Shown: positions 1 to 13,045 of the stretch, piece by piece | Position numbering within the stretch: the first letter of the stretch is position 1 | How the letters are laid out: every line of letters starts with the position of its first letter | Source: Octopus sinensis | Taxonomy: Eukaryota | Reading direction: 5' to 3' | DNA: 64,000 nucleotides | NCBI RefSeq assembly: GCF_006345805.1 | Contig: NC_043006.1 | Coordinates: 74,648,001 to 74,712,000, forward strand | Notes under the pieces: generated by a model | Told to the model about the DNA's origin: nothing | Database searches by the model: none | What the model saw: the letters and a program-made list of their open reading frames with translations, nothing else | Translations under genes and position numbers: made by a program

Positions 1-1786
1 TGATATGTGTTCCGACTACCTTCATCCTGAGTTCAAGTCTCTTCGAGGTCAATTTTATGTTTCTTCATATCGTAGTCGATAAATAAACACCTTGGTTTTC
101 ATGCATTCTCTCTCCTCTCTCTCCTCTCTCTCTGATGAGAATTGAACTCACAGTGAAGAAAGTCAGAACGAATCTAATTCTGCCGCCAATTTTCTGCTTT
201 AAAACAATTACTACGATACATTTAGCTCAAATCTCTAGTATCGATCTGCACCGCCCACTGTGATGAGAATCCTTGTTTACTAAATTTACTAAAATTTGAA
301 CGATACAGAGAAGTTTTATGTTCGATTAGAGTGGTGTTGCGTTTTCCCGTTAAAACTTCTGATGAATAGTAAAGTTAACCTCAACGTTTGTTTTATTTTA
401 AACCGTTATTGTTTTAAACCCACCTCCCTGTCTCTTTAAATTATATCGCCATTCAAGAACCTTTAGCTCAGGCGTATAAAAGCTTCATTGGAAACTTCAT
501 ATGCCATGAGAAGTCACTTATAATTCAAAGCAATTGTCATTGTTTTGTTCATCTTGTCTGTAATCGTCATTCATTAAAACGAAATATTTTAGTCATTCGC
601 CATAGTTTGTACAAAGCACTGGAAACAGTTTGGGACAGCCTTTGGATACAGTTACAAACGATTGCGATGTTAGATTGATCTCCCTGCTATTAACCCTTTT
701 ATTGAGTCTAGTCTTTGCTTCAGAATTAAAAAAAAGGAAAAGAAAAGCCTTTAATGTTAACTTTAGAAAACTATTTAAGAGTTTCGTAAATGTATTTGAA
801 CGGTTTAAAGTTTTGAAGTTATATTACATCTAAACAAATAGTATAACATGTTACTGAACTTTTAAGATAGATGAAAAACCATGCGAAATTTTAAAGAGAA
901 ATAACAATTCCAATCACTAACTGCTATTTCAAAATACTATAGAAAACATGTTTATTGTAATTTGTTTTAGTTTAAACATGAGTCTTTTATTCAAAAATTA
1001 TATGATATTATTTTGATACATATTCCCAGACACTGATTTAATATGTTTTGGTCTGGTTTGTTTATCTGAATTAATGAAAGCTTTGAAATAAATGGGTTTT
1101 TTTTTTTTGCTAATACAAATCTGTCAACAAATTATACCTCACTGTTTTATATTTATAGTTACAATTGCATTTGAAAAACTTTAGAAATTGACTTAATGTA
1201 TATTGAATGAATGTTTGAAATATTTTCAACAGACGCCTCTAAACTAGCTTGGCTGTTTAAAACATAACATTTTGTACATGTATGTCTGTCAATTTCTAAT
1301 TCAGACACCAGAATCGTGTTTGCCAACAAACCCCACCTACTTTCCCTGTGCTAAGTAATTGCAGGCCTGTGTGATTGCCAGACCTCAACTCCGAAAAGTA
1401 ACAGTCGCTTCTTTTTTTTCTCACTTATCCGTTGGACATTTCACAGATGGACAACGAAATTTATTTACTGCGTTGATATGATATTTGATCGACCGAGATG
1501 AAATTCAGAATATTTAAAATAACTTCCTTTTCATCATAACCATAACGATGCACATTGTAACTGAAATTTTTCAATATGACAAGCAAAATACTGCTTCTAC
1601 TGCTACCACTGCTATTGCTGATTTTGTTGTTGCTGCAGTTGTTGCTGCTCTGTTGTTATTGAGTAGTAGGCCATGGCAAGATTTGAGCTCATAACTTTGA
1701 TGCCAGCTGATGTTACCAAACCACCACCCGGTTTAACACCACCAGTCGGCACCTTATCTTAGGTACTTTGAGCGGAATCTGCTCTG

Positions 1787-1912
1787 TCACAAACATTCAG
1801 GGGTTACCAGCTTGCGTTTTTTCTTACAAGGTAGTGAATCTATTTGCTCATCATTGGGGTTCAGAGGTCCATAACAGGCATTGTTGTCAAAATCCAACAG
1901 AAGATATGATTC
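1787..1912 (-). CDS. Candidate terminal coding exon (41 aa, ends ...PCKKKRKLVTPECL*), unverified
   Basis: Minus-strand acceptor tctcccttcacag|, open frame ESYLLLDFDNNACYGPLNPNDEQIDSLPCKKKRKLVTPECL then stop; no recognisable homology and no linked upstream exon. Confidence 0.2.
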   Translation of the reverse strand, partial: ESYLLLDFDNNACYGPLNPNDEQIDSLPCKKKRKLVTPECL

Positions 1913-2518
1913 CTGTGAAGGGAGATCGTATCACATCGAGTAATGAATGAGATCACTATTCCCTGACTAAAATCACATTCCTCCGTTTTAGATAAAGACA
2001 TATATTTAACCATGCAGTCACTGATCAAAAATACAGGGTAGTCATGGTTGGAACGTCTCAGTTCATAAGACAAGAACACCGACTTCAGGATACTTCCTCT
2101 TCCCGCCTTCCTTTCCATCAGCCTTGGAGGCTCCGTAAAGAGACATGGATACAGAGAGGCAGCTGGGAGGCAGGGGTTAACACTACTAAGAGTTTGAGAC
2201 TCTTGTTTATAACTTCGGCAGGCAAATTATTTCTTGAAGTATGCTGGTATCTGCCAAACGATAATAAGCCGCAGTGTGCATTCTGAGCATCGAGAATTAG
2301 AACGATAGCTTACATGTTCATTCTTTATACGTTCCGGTATATTCGAACGTGAAAACACTAGTCACTGTTATATTTTGTCATTGGACTTGCTTCGCGCTCA
2401 ACGGAAGGTCTCGTGTTCCTGTTCATGTAAACACCGTGAAAATCAAGATAGACTTCGACTTTCAGGCTCAAGGAAGACTCTATATCTCACTAATTCGATC
2501 TGCATGTCAGTGAGATCC

Positions 2519-2748
2519 AAGGCGGCGAGCTGGCAGAACCGTTAGCACGCCGGGCGAAATGCGTAGCCGTATTTCGTCTGCGTTACGTTGTGAGTTCAAA
2601 TTCCGCCGAGGTCGACTTTGCCTTTCATCCCTTCGGGGTCGATTAAATAAGTACCAGTTACGCACTGGGTCGATGTAATTGACTTAATCCCTTTGTCTGT
2701 CCTTGTTTGTCCCCTCTATGTTTAGCCCCCTGTGGGCAATAAAGAAAT
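2519..2748 (+). mobile_element. SINE family A, full length, Tx1-like tail
   Basis: ggcggcgagctggcagaa head, gagttcaaattccgccgaggtcgactttgcctttcatcc core and ...gtgggcaataaagaaat tail; about 20 related copies in the window. Confidence 0.9.
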
Positions 2749-3624
2749 TGATACGGAAGCTATATGTGGTTATTGCTATGGCCAAAGAATTGATCTCATT
2801 AATTCTGTTAGCAGCATTTAATTCTGAATTTAGAACCATTCTTACTATTCGGTAGCATTCCTTGTAGATTTTTTCTTTCATTTTAGAGTGCTGGATACCA
2901 TCACCTTCATTAATCCCCAGATATTTGTATACTTCAGATTTGTCTAGGTTTTGAATGTGGAGGCGCAATGGCCCAGTGGTTAGGGCAGCGGACTCGCGGT
3001 CGTAGGATCACGGTTTCGATTCCCAGACCGGGCGTTGTGAGTGTTTATTGAGCGAAAACACCTAAAGTTCCACGAAGCTCCGGCAGCGGGGTGGTGATCC
3101 CTGCTGTACTCTTTCACCACAACTTTCTCTCACTGTTACTTCCTGTTTCTGATGTACCTGTATTTCAAAGGGCCGGCCTTGTCACTCTCTGTGTCACGCT
3201 GAATATCCCCGAGAACTACGTTAAGGGTACACGTGTCTGTGGAGTGCTCAGCCACTTACACGTTAATTTCACGAGCAGGCTGTTCCGTTGATTCGGATCA
3301 ACCGGAACCCTCGTCGTCGTAACTGACGAAGTGCTTCCAGGTTTTGAATAGCTGTGGTAGTATCGGGTTTTATGTTTTCCGCCTTTATGAACTTCCTTGC
3401 CTTGAAAGTAGCCTTTGCACATTTATCAAGTCCAAATTCCATACCTGTATCAGAGCTGATTTATTTGACAATATTGAGGAGTTCTAATTCTTTGTCGTTT
3501 TTGGCAAACGGTTTTAGATCATCCATATAGAGTAGATGATTAATTTTCTGGTCAAAGATCTTATACCTTCTCTTAGCATTATTCAGTTGCGTGGATAATG
3601 GGGAAGCAGCGAGGCAGAACAGAA

Positions 3625-3625
<1 letters not shown>
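2749..3625 (-). mobile_element. Decayed R4/Dong-like non-LTR retrotransposon RT fragment, interrupted by a SINE
   Basis: Minus-strand peptides LFCLAASPLS...INHLLYMDDLKPFAKND, MEFGLDKCAK and IQNLDKSEVYKYLGINEG match the RT YxDD region of R4/Dong-type LINEs. Confidence 0.85.
2957..3338 (+). mobile_element. SINE family B (tRNA-like head), 11-bp TSD
   Basis: A-box-like tggcccagtgg and B-box-like ggtttcgattcc; TSD aggttttgaat at 2946-2956 and 3339-3349. Confidence 0.92.
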
Positions 3626-3626
<1 letters not shown>

Positions 3627-3699
<73 letters not shown>

Positions 3700-3770
3700 C
3701 ATTATTATTAATATTATCATCATCATCATCGTCATCATCATCAGTAGTAGTAGTAGTAGTAGTAGTAGTA
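3627..3770. repeat. Compound (ATT)n/(CAT)n/(AGT)n microsatellite
   Basis: Read directly from the sequence. Confidence 0.95.
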
Positions 3771-3925
3771 TTTCGTCCGTCTTTAGGTTCTGAGGTCAAA
3801 TGCCAGCGAGGTCAACTCTGCATTTCATTAATTCGGGGTCAATAATATAAGTAAACAGTTGATGCAATCGATTATCCCCCACCTCCCCATCCCCAGAATT
3901 TCCACTTACAGTAGAAAAGGTTATT
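3766..3925 (+). mobile_element. Degenerate SINE A
   Basis: gtatttcgtccgtc...gaggtcaactctgcatttca...cggggtcaataa resembles the family A core. Confidence 0.65.
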
Positions 3926-3929
3926 ATTC

Positions 3930-3966
<37 letters not shown>

Positions 3967-4089
3967 ATCCCGTTTCTTACCGTTGTGCATTCAGTGTTGT
4001 TCTTGTTATAATATAAAATCAAAATATATATGTACGATGTTTATACAATCATTTCATTATATTGAATTATCTTTATGAGTGATGGTATT

Positions 4090-4145
4090 GTTATCATTAT
4101 TGTTAGTAGCAGCAGCAGTAGTAGTAGTAATTGTAGTAGTAGTAA

Positions 4146-4187
<42 letters not shown>

Positions 4188-4252
4188 CAGCAGCAGCAGC
4201 ATTATTATTATTAGTAGTAGTAGTAGTGGTGGTGGTGGTGGTGGTGGTAGTG

Positions 4253-4287
<35 letters not shown>

Positions 4288-4308
4288 TGTTGTTGTAGTA
4301 GTAGTAGT

Positions 4309-4340
<32 letters not shown>

Positions 4341-4343
4341 TAT

Positions 4344-4380
<37 letters not shown>

Positions 4381-4387
4381 GGTGGTA

Positions 4388-4436
<49 letters not shown>

Positions 4437-4760
4437 TAGCAGCAGCAGCAACAATAGTAGTACCACTACTACTAATACGATTACTACCACTGATACCACT
4501 ATTACTTGCTTGAACACCAGTTTGACGTCATCTACTTCACGTAGTAAATCAGCTAATGGAAAAGTATTCATTGGCAATTTTGTACTGTGGATGATCGATG
4601 GAAATATGAATGACGATGATGACGATGATGATGATGATGATGATGATGACGACGATGATGAGGATGACGATGGTAACGATGATAGTGTCAGTGGTGGTAG
4701 TGGTGGAGATGGGTACAGTGCTGCTGGTAGGAGTGATGATGATGATATATACACTGTCTA
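4090..4760. repeat. Complex trinucleotide array (AGT/AGC/GGT/GAT)
   Basis: Read directly; the long ORFs in the track here are low-complexity artefacts. Confidence 0.95.
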
Positions 4761-4840
4761 TGATATTACCGTAATACGGATGTTATTTATAATGACTTTA
4801 TTTATATGAGAATGCGTCTGTGTTCTAACGTGTGCGTGCG

Positions 4841-4844
<4 letters not shown>

Positions 4845-4916
<72 letters not shown>

Positions 4917-5039
4917 TATATGCATACATACTACATACATATATGAATATAAATATACATATATATATTCATATTTACGCATATATAAATACATGCATAT
5001 ATGTGTGCATATATATGTGCGTATATATACATGCATATA

Positions 5040-5107
<68 letters not shown>

Positions 5108-5159
5108 TATTCTTGCATACATCCATGCATGCATATACACTCAAATATATTTATATATA

Positions 5160-5236
<77 letters not shown>

Positions 5237-5240
5237 CAAT
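4845..5240. repeat. (TA)n-rich microsatellite
   Basis: Read directly from the sequence. Confidence 0.95.
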
Positions 5241-6658
5241 ATAATATATGTGTGTCTGTGTGTGCATGCGTATGCGTATGTGATTACGTATGTATGACGG
5301 AATTACAGAAAACGAGAAAGAAAAAAGAAAGAAAGAAAGAATGAAAAGAAGGAAGAAAGGAAGAAACAGAGCAGACCTAAAAGAAAGAAAATCAACAGAT
5401 AAAATTATGTAAACATGTTTCACTAAGTCATTGAGACAGGCGTGCGTAAATCGTATGACAAGTTTCGTGCTTTTATGACAGTCATCTCTGATGATAGAAT
5501 CTATGAAATATTGTATCAAGTTCGAATTTAGATGCCACGTCCATCATTTTCAATGCTATATTCGCCATTTCTGGTAATTATTTCAAATAACGGGGGCGTT
5601 GGATTGAAAGAATTGTAGAGTTTTGGGATAAAATGTATTTCGACGTTTACTTCTCTTTATGGACCGTGATGTTTTTCAGTTCAAATCACGCCGAAGTCGA
5701 CGTTGCCTCATGTCCTTCCAAGAACGGATGAAATCATTACTCAGCAAATTTATCGATTGAGGCATTTCTACTCTTTCACTCTCAATAAAGAATCTGGCGT
5801 ATTTTTAAAACTTTTTTTTAATTAGTTCTCTTTAATTTTTTAGTGTTCGTCCAGATGGTACTTTGCAGGGAAACCCGCCAGAGCAGCAATAGAAGCAGCA
5901 AATTATATCCCACACCTACCCACTCCGCACACACTAGCACCGACCACTTCTCAACAGCCACATCACACACCATTATCCACACACCTACACACAATTTTCA
6001 ACAGCGTCACCAGCCACCAATATACGAGCAACCACACACACTGTTTAACTCACTACACGCACCATACACCATGATGCACACTCCCACACCCACACAAGCA
6101 CATAAAACACGAACACACAATATATACTCACACATGGAATACGCATAAACACACGCAACACGCATAGACAGAGATAGCTTTCACGCACAAACATACACTA
6201 TACACATGCACACTATTTGGTCACAGACACACACATACACATATGCGCACACCACTAGAAAAAGCACACATCAACTGCTACACACAACACACATACACAC
6301 ACACGTAAAACTCATTCACCCCATTCACATATAAACACTCACACACACCATTCTCACATACACGCGCTTGTGCACCTTAGTTCGTTGGGGTGACCATTAT
6401 TACCTCCCTTCCATTCAACCTCTTCTTTTCTAGTCATCCCACCATGCTGGACTGCTGAACTCTACACAGTTCTTTTTGTTCTCCCTTTTTTTCTCTTTTT
6501 TCGTTCTCTCTTCATTTTTTTCCTCATTCCTTTCTGCCGAAGAGGGTAGGCTCGAGACGTAAAAGACTTCTTCATTTTTCCCGAACGTTAAACTACTACA
6601 CTTGCTTGTTATTCCTACATCTGACTTGGTCTTTTGTACTTTGTAAATTTGAACTCTT

Positions 6659-6690
<32 letters not shown>

Positions 6691-6697
6691 CTCTCTC

Positions 6698-6736
<39 letters not shown>

Positions 6737-7173
6737 CTAAGAGCATGGGAATTTCGTTATAATGATAACTCACGCTGCAAATTCACGAAATCAAAGATAT
6801 AACGATGATATATCACGTTCAAAGTTTTACTCTTTTATTTCACCAACATCAATAAAAGATATCAATACAAAGGATATATGTATAAGTATATACAATAGTT
6901 GAGTCGCTTGACTTTAAACCTTCTAGAAATCTCACTGGAGTATAGCGAACACCGTCTGTAAGATATTTGCTATTATTCGGTCAAAAGCTAATGTATGAGA
7001 TATTTTCCAGTGGCAACGACTTCCTTTCATGTCACTATTGTTGATTTGCAATTTCTTAGAAAAGAAAAAGCAATGGCTGCTGCTTTTGTCAATTTTGTTA
7101 TTTTGGAGAGGCTGCATTCAACAAATGTTATTATCAAAAGTGACGAAGTGACTAGATAATAATAATAATAATA

Positions 7174-7225
<52 letters not shown>

Positions 7226-7407
7226 GGACAAATGCATGAGCAAAACTTCGGAACATATGAATATATATAACATACAGAAAATAGGATTGCTTGGCGCATC
7301 GCACAAATCCTAAGTAGAGCACATCAAATATAGTAAGAATAAGAACAAAACAACCAGAGCATACTCTCAAGGCGCACAGTGAAAGCGCACAATAGAAAGA
7401 AAGACTA

Positions 7408-7486
<79 letters not shown>

Positions 7487-7701
7487 CTCTGAACGAGGTA
7501 TAAACAGTAGCTGCACGACAATGTGAGGTATATATTTGCCATCTCAATATGGCTAACTACTAAGGGTTGGTGTTACTGTAGCTTGTAGCCCCAGGAGAAC
7601 ATCTCCTCCAGCTGGCTATATGCACAATTTCTGTGCTCTATCGGTATTTGCAATGGGAGTTCATCCTTCCCTCGTCAACCTAAGTGATACGCACGGACTG
7701 C

Positions 7702-7766
<65 letters not shown>

Positions 7767-7809
7767 AAGAAGAAGAAGAAGAAGAAGAAGAAGAAGAAGA
7801 AGAAGAAGG

Positions 7810-8087
7810 AAACACCAAAATGGCAGAAATTCAAAAGATAGTGCTCATGGGAACTGCCCATATCCTACGTAAAATACTGTCTATGTAATCTCAAATTTTA
7901 AAACAGACTCATAATTGTCTTATGTTTTTTTAAATATTCTTTAGAACAATACTATGTGCAAAACTGAATATATGACACCCTAGGCATAACACCAACTTGA
8001 ACAACATGAACATATAACCTGTTGTTTCTTGAGGTCTTTGGGTGAGACTTGGAGCCAAATTGTACAAATACAAAGCAAAAGTGAAAC

Positions 8088-8142
<55 letters not shown>

Positions 8143-8449
8143 CCAAAAATGGCAGAAATTCAAAAGATAGTGCTCATGGGAACTGCTCATATCCTACGCA
8201 AAATACTTTCTATGTAATCTCAAGTTTTAAAACAAACATAATTTTCGTATGTTTTTTTTTAGACATTCACTAGTACAGCACTAAGTGAAAAACCAAATAT
8301 ATGGCACACTAGGCATAACAACAGCACGAACTTCCAACCTGTTGTCTCTTGAGGTCTCTGGGTGAGACTTGGAGCCAACTTGTACAAATATAAGCAAAAG
8401 TCAAACAGAATAATAATAATAATATAATAATAATATAATAATAATAATA

Positions 8450-8508
<59 letters not shown>

Positions 8509-8703
8509 AAGACATTCATTAGTACAACATCCCAGACATTCATTAGTACAACATCCCAGACATTCATTAGTACAACATCCCCACCCCCCAAATATATGGC
8601 ACACTAGGCATAACAACAACATGAACTTCCAACCCTGTTGTCTCTTGAGGTCTCTGGTGAGACTTGGAGCCAACTTGTACAAATATAAAGCAAAAGTCAA
8701 ACA

Positions 8704-8776
<73 letters not shown>

Positions 8777-8996
8777 GACATTCATTAGTACAACATCCCA
8801 GACATTCATTAGTACAACATCCCAGACATTCATTAGTACAACATCCCAGACATTCATTAGTACAACATCCCCACCCCCCAAATATATGGCACACTAGGCA
8901 TAACAACAACATGAACTTCCAACCCTGTTGTCTCTTGAGGTCTCTGGGTGAGACTTGGAGCCAACTTGTACAAATATAAAGCAAAAGTCAAACATA

Positions 8997-9078
<82 letters not shown>
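7810..9078 (+). mobile_element. Array of four R4/Dong-like LINE 3' ends, each followed by (AAT)n
   Basis: Copies 1-2 encode PKMAEIQKIVLMGTAHILRKILSM* (C-terminus typical of restriction-like endonuclease LINEs); all four share the 3' UTR ending gcaaaagt(c/g)aaaca before (AAT)n. Confidence 0.85.
8511..8870 (+). repeat. 24-bp minisatellite gacattcattagtacaacatccca, x3 (8511-8580) and x4 (8776-8870)
   Basis: Read directly; appears as the FISTTSQT peptide repeat in the ORF track. Confidence 0.9.
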
Positions 9079-9119
9079 TACACTAGAAAATATGCAAACA
9101 CTGCAAAATCAGCACTTCT

Positions 9120-9240
9120 GCTTACTGAGCCAGTCGTTGAAGGTAAAAATGTCACTATCTTGTGGGATTTTCTAGTCAACACTGAGAGAAAGATCCAAGT
9201 TTATCGACCAGTCATAATTATTAAAAAACAGGGAAGAAAT
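9120..9240 (+). mobile_element. R4/Dong-like endonuclease fragment
   Basis: EPVVEGKNVTILWDFLVNTERKIQVYRPVIIIKK resembles the ILWDF..TD..I.ANRPDI motif. Confidence 0.7.
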
Positions 9241-9405
9241 TGTTGGAGTAAGGATCAAGGTCGATTACATCGACTACACTGCTCAACTAGTACTTATTTT
9301 ATAGACCCCGTAAGGATGAAAGGCAAAGTTGACCACGGCGGAATTTAAATTCAGAACGTAAAGGCAGACGAAATACTGCTAAGCATTTTGCCAGCTCGCC
9401 GCCTT
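9240..9405 (-). mobile_element. SINE A, degenerate
   Basis: Reverse complement of the family A head and core. Confidence 0.8.
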
Positions 9406-10139
9406 ACACAATAACAACGATGGTGGTGGTGGTGGTGGTGATGGTGCTGGTGGTGCTGGTGGTGGTGGTGGTGGCGGCAGCAGCAGCGGCGGCGTTGGTT
9501 ATGATGGTGATGATGGTGATGATGATGATGATGATGATGATTATGACGATGACGATGACGATGATGAGGATTTTTATTACTAACAACAAAGGGTCAAGAT
9601 ATTGTAGCAAATATCAAAGGACGAAATGCAATGCTCAAAAAGGTCTCTCACATCGATCAAAAAGAAAAATCGCTAAAACAATAAAGATTAAAACAAAAGC
9701 CATGAAAACAGAACTCAAAAAAAAAAAAACCAAAAGAAAAGAGAAAACCTTTCAAAGTAGCAATAATTCCCATCCCCCCAACCCCCAATAGCCGAGTAAC
9801 CTATTCGGTGTAATTCGGCGGGGGGGGGGGTCGGGATGGGGAACTGACTTATAAAAAATAATACTAACAATAATAAAGAGATAAAAAATGTTATACAATC
9901 TTAATGACTTTTTCCTTTTGCACCATCCAAATTCAAATTGGTTGGCTGGCTTTGCCTTTCATCTCTAAAGCATCATTAACATAAGTGTTTATTCATGTAT
10001 TGGAATTCAATTTATGTCCTTGGCTAGACTTTTCCGCTTCAACTTTGAGGCTTTGTACCAAAACTTTGATATTGTTATGTCTTGAGAATAAAGAATCATA
10101 ATTTACCTCTGCAAACTATATCTTCTCAGTTTCTATGTA

Positions 10140-10605
<466 letters not shown>

Positions 10606-10791
10606 TATATGATAACAAAAATAATATAATTATTTTCCGTCTCAGGGGTAATTATTTTATTGTTCTTCTCGGTGCTCTTATAACAATAATGGTAAACATC
10701 TTACAAATTTCAAAGTTCTCTCGTCAAAACCGATTGCTTTCCGCTGTTGTTCTCTCTCACTCTCTCTCTCTCTCTCTCTCTCTCCTCTCTC

Positions 10792-10836
<45 letters not shown>

Positions 10837-11271
10837 TTATCTATCTCTGACCTACTAGTATCTATGGTCTTTGATCTTACACATTTTCTATATTTTCTAT
10901 GCTGGTCATGTCTAGTTTCTCCTCCTTTTAATAAGTCCCTTAGTACAATCTTTTGATAGATACTCTTAATAATAAGTCGTATAAGATCGCTCAGGCATGC
11001 CAAATAAAATGTCGTCTCAAGGAAAGCATTAATTAGATATTGGCAGATGTCTGTTTTGTACATTGAGAATTTGTGTCTACGTAATCGTATACTTGTATGC
11101 TATTGGTTCATTTACACGTATTCTTTTGTTCTATGTATAAATATATACATATGCATACTATTAGTATATATAAGTATATCGTTTATATACAAAAGTATAT
11201 CGTTTATATACACAAGTATATATAAGTATTTCGTTTATATACACATATAAGTATATCATATATTTTATGTC

Positions 11272-11493
11272 GTTGACTTGTATTGGTCATTCGACTGTGG
11301 CCATGTTGTTGCACAATCTTGAAGGGTTTAGCCGAACAAATCAACCCCAGTAGTTATTTTTAATCCATGTGCTTTTTCTATCTGTCTCTTTTTGCCGAAC
11401 CGGTAATGTTACGGGGACGTAAGCAAACCAACATTGGTTGTCAAGCAATGGTTGAGGACAAACACAAATACAAAGACACACATGCATAGACAG

Positions 11494-11589
<96 letters not shown>

Positions 11590-11786
11590 TGACAGACAGA
11601 CAGACAGATAGTGACATACATAATGCATACATGCATACGCCGGTCTTCTTTCAGATTCCATCACCCAAATCGACTCACACGACCCGGACCCGACAGTATA
11701 AGATAGTTACCCATGGTACCACGCAATAGGACTGAACCTGAAACCATGTGGTTGGGAAGCAAACTTCTTACCACGCAGCCATGCTT
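11272..11786 (-). mobile_element. SINE family C with internal (GATA)n tract
   Basis: Reverse complement of the family C head and tail (compare 63083-63470), with a microsatellite between the halves. Confidence 0.75.
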
Positions 11787-11953
11787 GTTTTTATGTCGAG
11801 TTACACTAAAACCAATTCAGCACTCAGCCGAAATTTTAATGTCACTTCACCCTCTTGTTGTAAATATGTAAGTGTGCGTACCTATACATACATAAATATG
11901 CATATATATGCATGCGTATATATAAAAATATACACTTACACACACTTACACGC

Positions 11954-12031
<78 letters not shown>

Positions 12032-12033
<2 letters not shown>

Positions 12034-12790
12034 TTTAAGTAATTGAGATTCAAGTGAATTCTAATGAATTCACATGAATATGGTCCTTAACCAGGATGCA
12101 CCGGAAATCTATATGGTGTTAACCATACGACAAGTGGGGTGATTACAAATAGGAAAAAAGCAACAAGAATGGATTAAAATCTCGGTACAATTGTTTCGTA
12201 CGAGGACATCTTTAATAAGCTACAAAAAATGCAGTAAATACAGATGGCTCGTACTCGTCAGCCGAAAAAACATCAGAGAATTCCAAAACATCGAAAGGGG
12301 TAGATACAAAAGAGGGTGTAAGATTGACTGCATTGAAGAAAGTTCGATTCCTGGAGATCCGATGAAAGGTCTTAAACTTACAGAATTTGTGCGTGTCTAT
12401 ATATAGCTCATATTGAATTGCTAATCAGGTTATGTGAAGAAATTTCGGATATAGTCATGCGAAATTTCTGAAAATCCGAGTAAGAAGCAAAGTGACTGTC
12501 ATATCGTGTAGAGGAAAATCTGAGTAAGAAGCAAAGTGACTGTCTTATCGTGTAGAGGAACAGATTGTTATTGAAATTTACAAGAATCGCAGATAAGTTC
12601 AATTCTTGGAGATCCGATAAAAAGTCTTGAACTTACAGAATATGTGCATGTCCCTATAGTTCATAATCCAGTTATGTGAAGAAATTTTGGGTACAATCAT
12701 GCGAAAATATCAGGGAATCCGAGTGAGAAGCAAAATGACAGTCTTATTCTGTAGAGGGGCAGATTGTTATTGAAACTTACAAGAATCACA
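12032..12790 (-). mobile_element. Hammerhead-bearing element D, copy 1 (Penelope-like terminus), abutting (TA)n
   Basis: About 240 bp homologous to 53971-54210; contains an intact hammerhead; internal ~200-bp and 44-bp duplications. Confidence 0.7.
12180..12267 (-). ncRNA. Type I hammerhead ribozyme
   Basis: Stem I UUUCGG/CCGAGA; core CUGACGA (12261-12255); stem II GUACGAG/CUCGUAC with 43-nt loop; GAAAC-AAUU-GUA; predicted cleavage between 12186 and 12185. Confidence 0.88.
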
Positions 12791-13045
12791 GGGGAAGGAG
12801 GAAGGAAGTAGAATTTAATCAGTTACTGCTATTAATGCTATCAAAGAGAAGGGAACGGGAAGCTAAGGGGATGGACACAAGTTGATACTATAAGAAAATC
12901 TAAGCTATTTTGGTGCAAAATTCGAACTGAGGTCAACAATTTATTTCTTTATTTATAAATGTTACTATTAATAGATTGTAAGCTTACCTATATATATATA
13001 TATATACATTGTAAGGTTTCCTATATATATATATATATATATATA

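Noticed and set aside
2957-3030. tRNA-like A/B boxes in SINE heads (also 18120-18195, 32603, 52015, 60571)
   Set aside because: They continue into SINE bodies with TSDs and do not form complete cloverleaves, so they are not tRNA genes.
4041-5344. Long ORFs of 130-244 aa in the ORF track
   Set aside because: They are translations of trinucleotide and (TA)n arrays; the same holds for most poly-I/Y/L/V ORFs across the window.
6525-6580. ccgaagagggtaggctcgagacgtaaaag, resembling a minimal hammerhead
   Set aside because: Two core positions are wrong (CCGAAGA, GAGA) and no stem I can be paired.
8511-8870. 24-bp direct repeats resembling a CRISPR array
   Set aside because: The repeats are contiguous with no unique spacers, in a eukaryotic LINE 3' UTR context.
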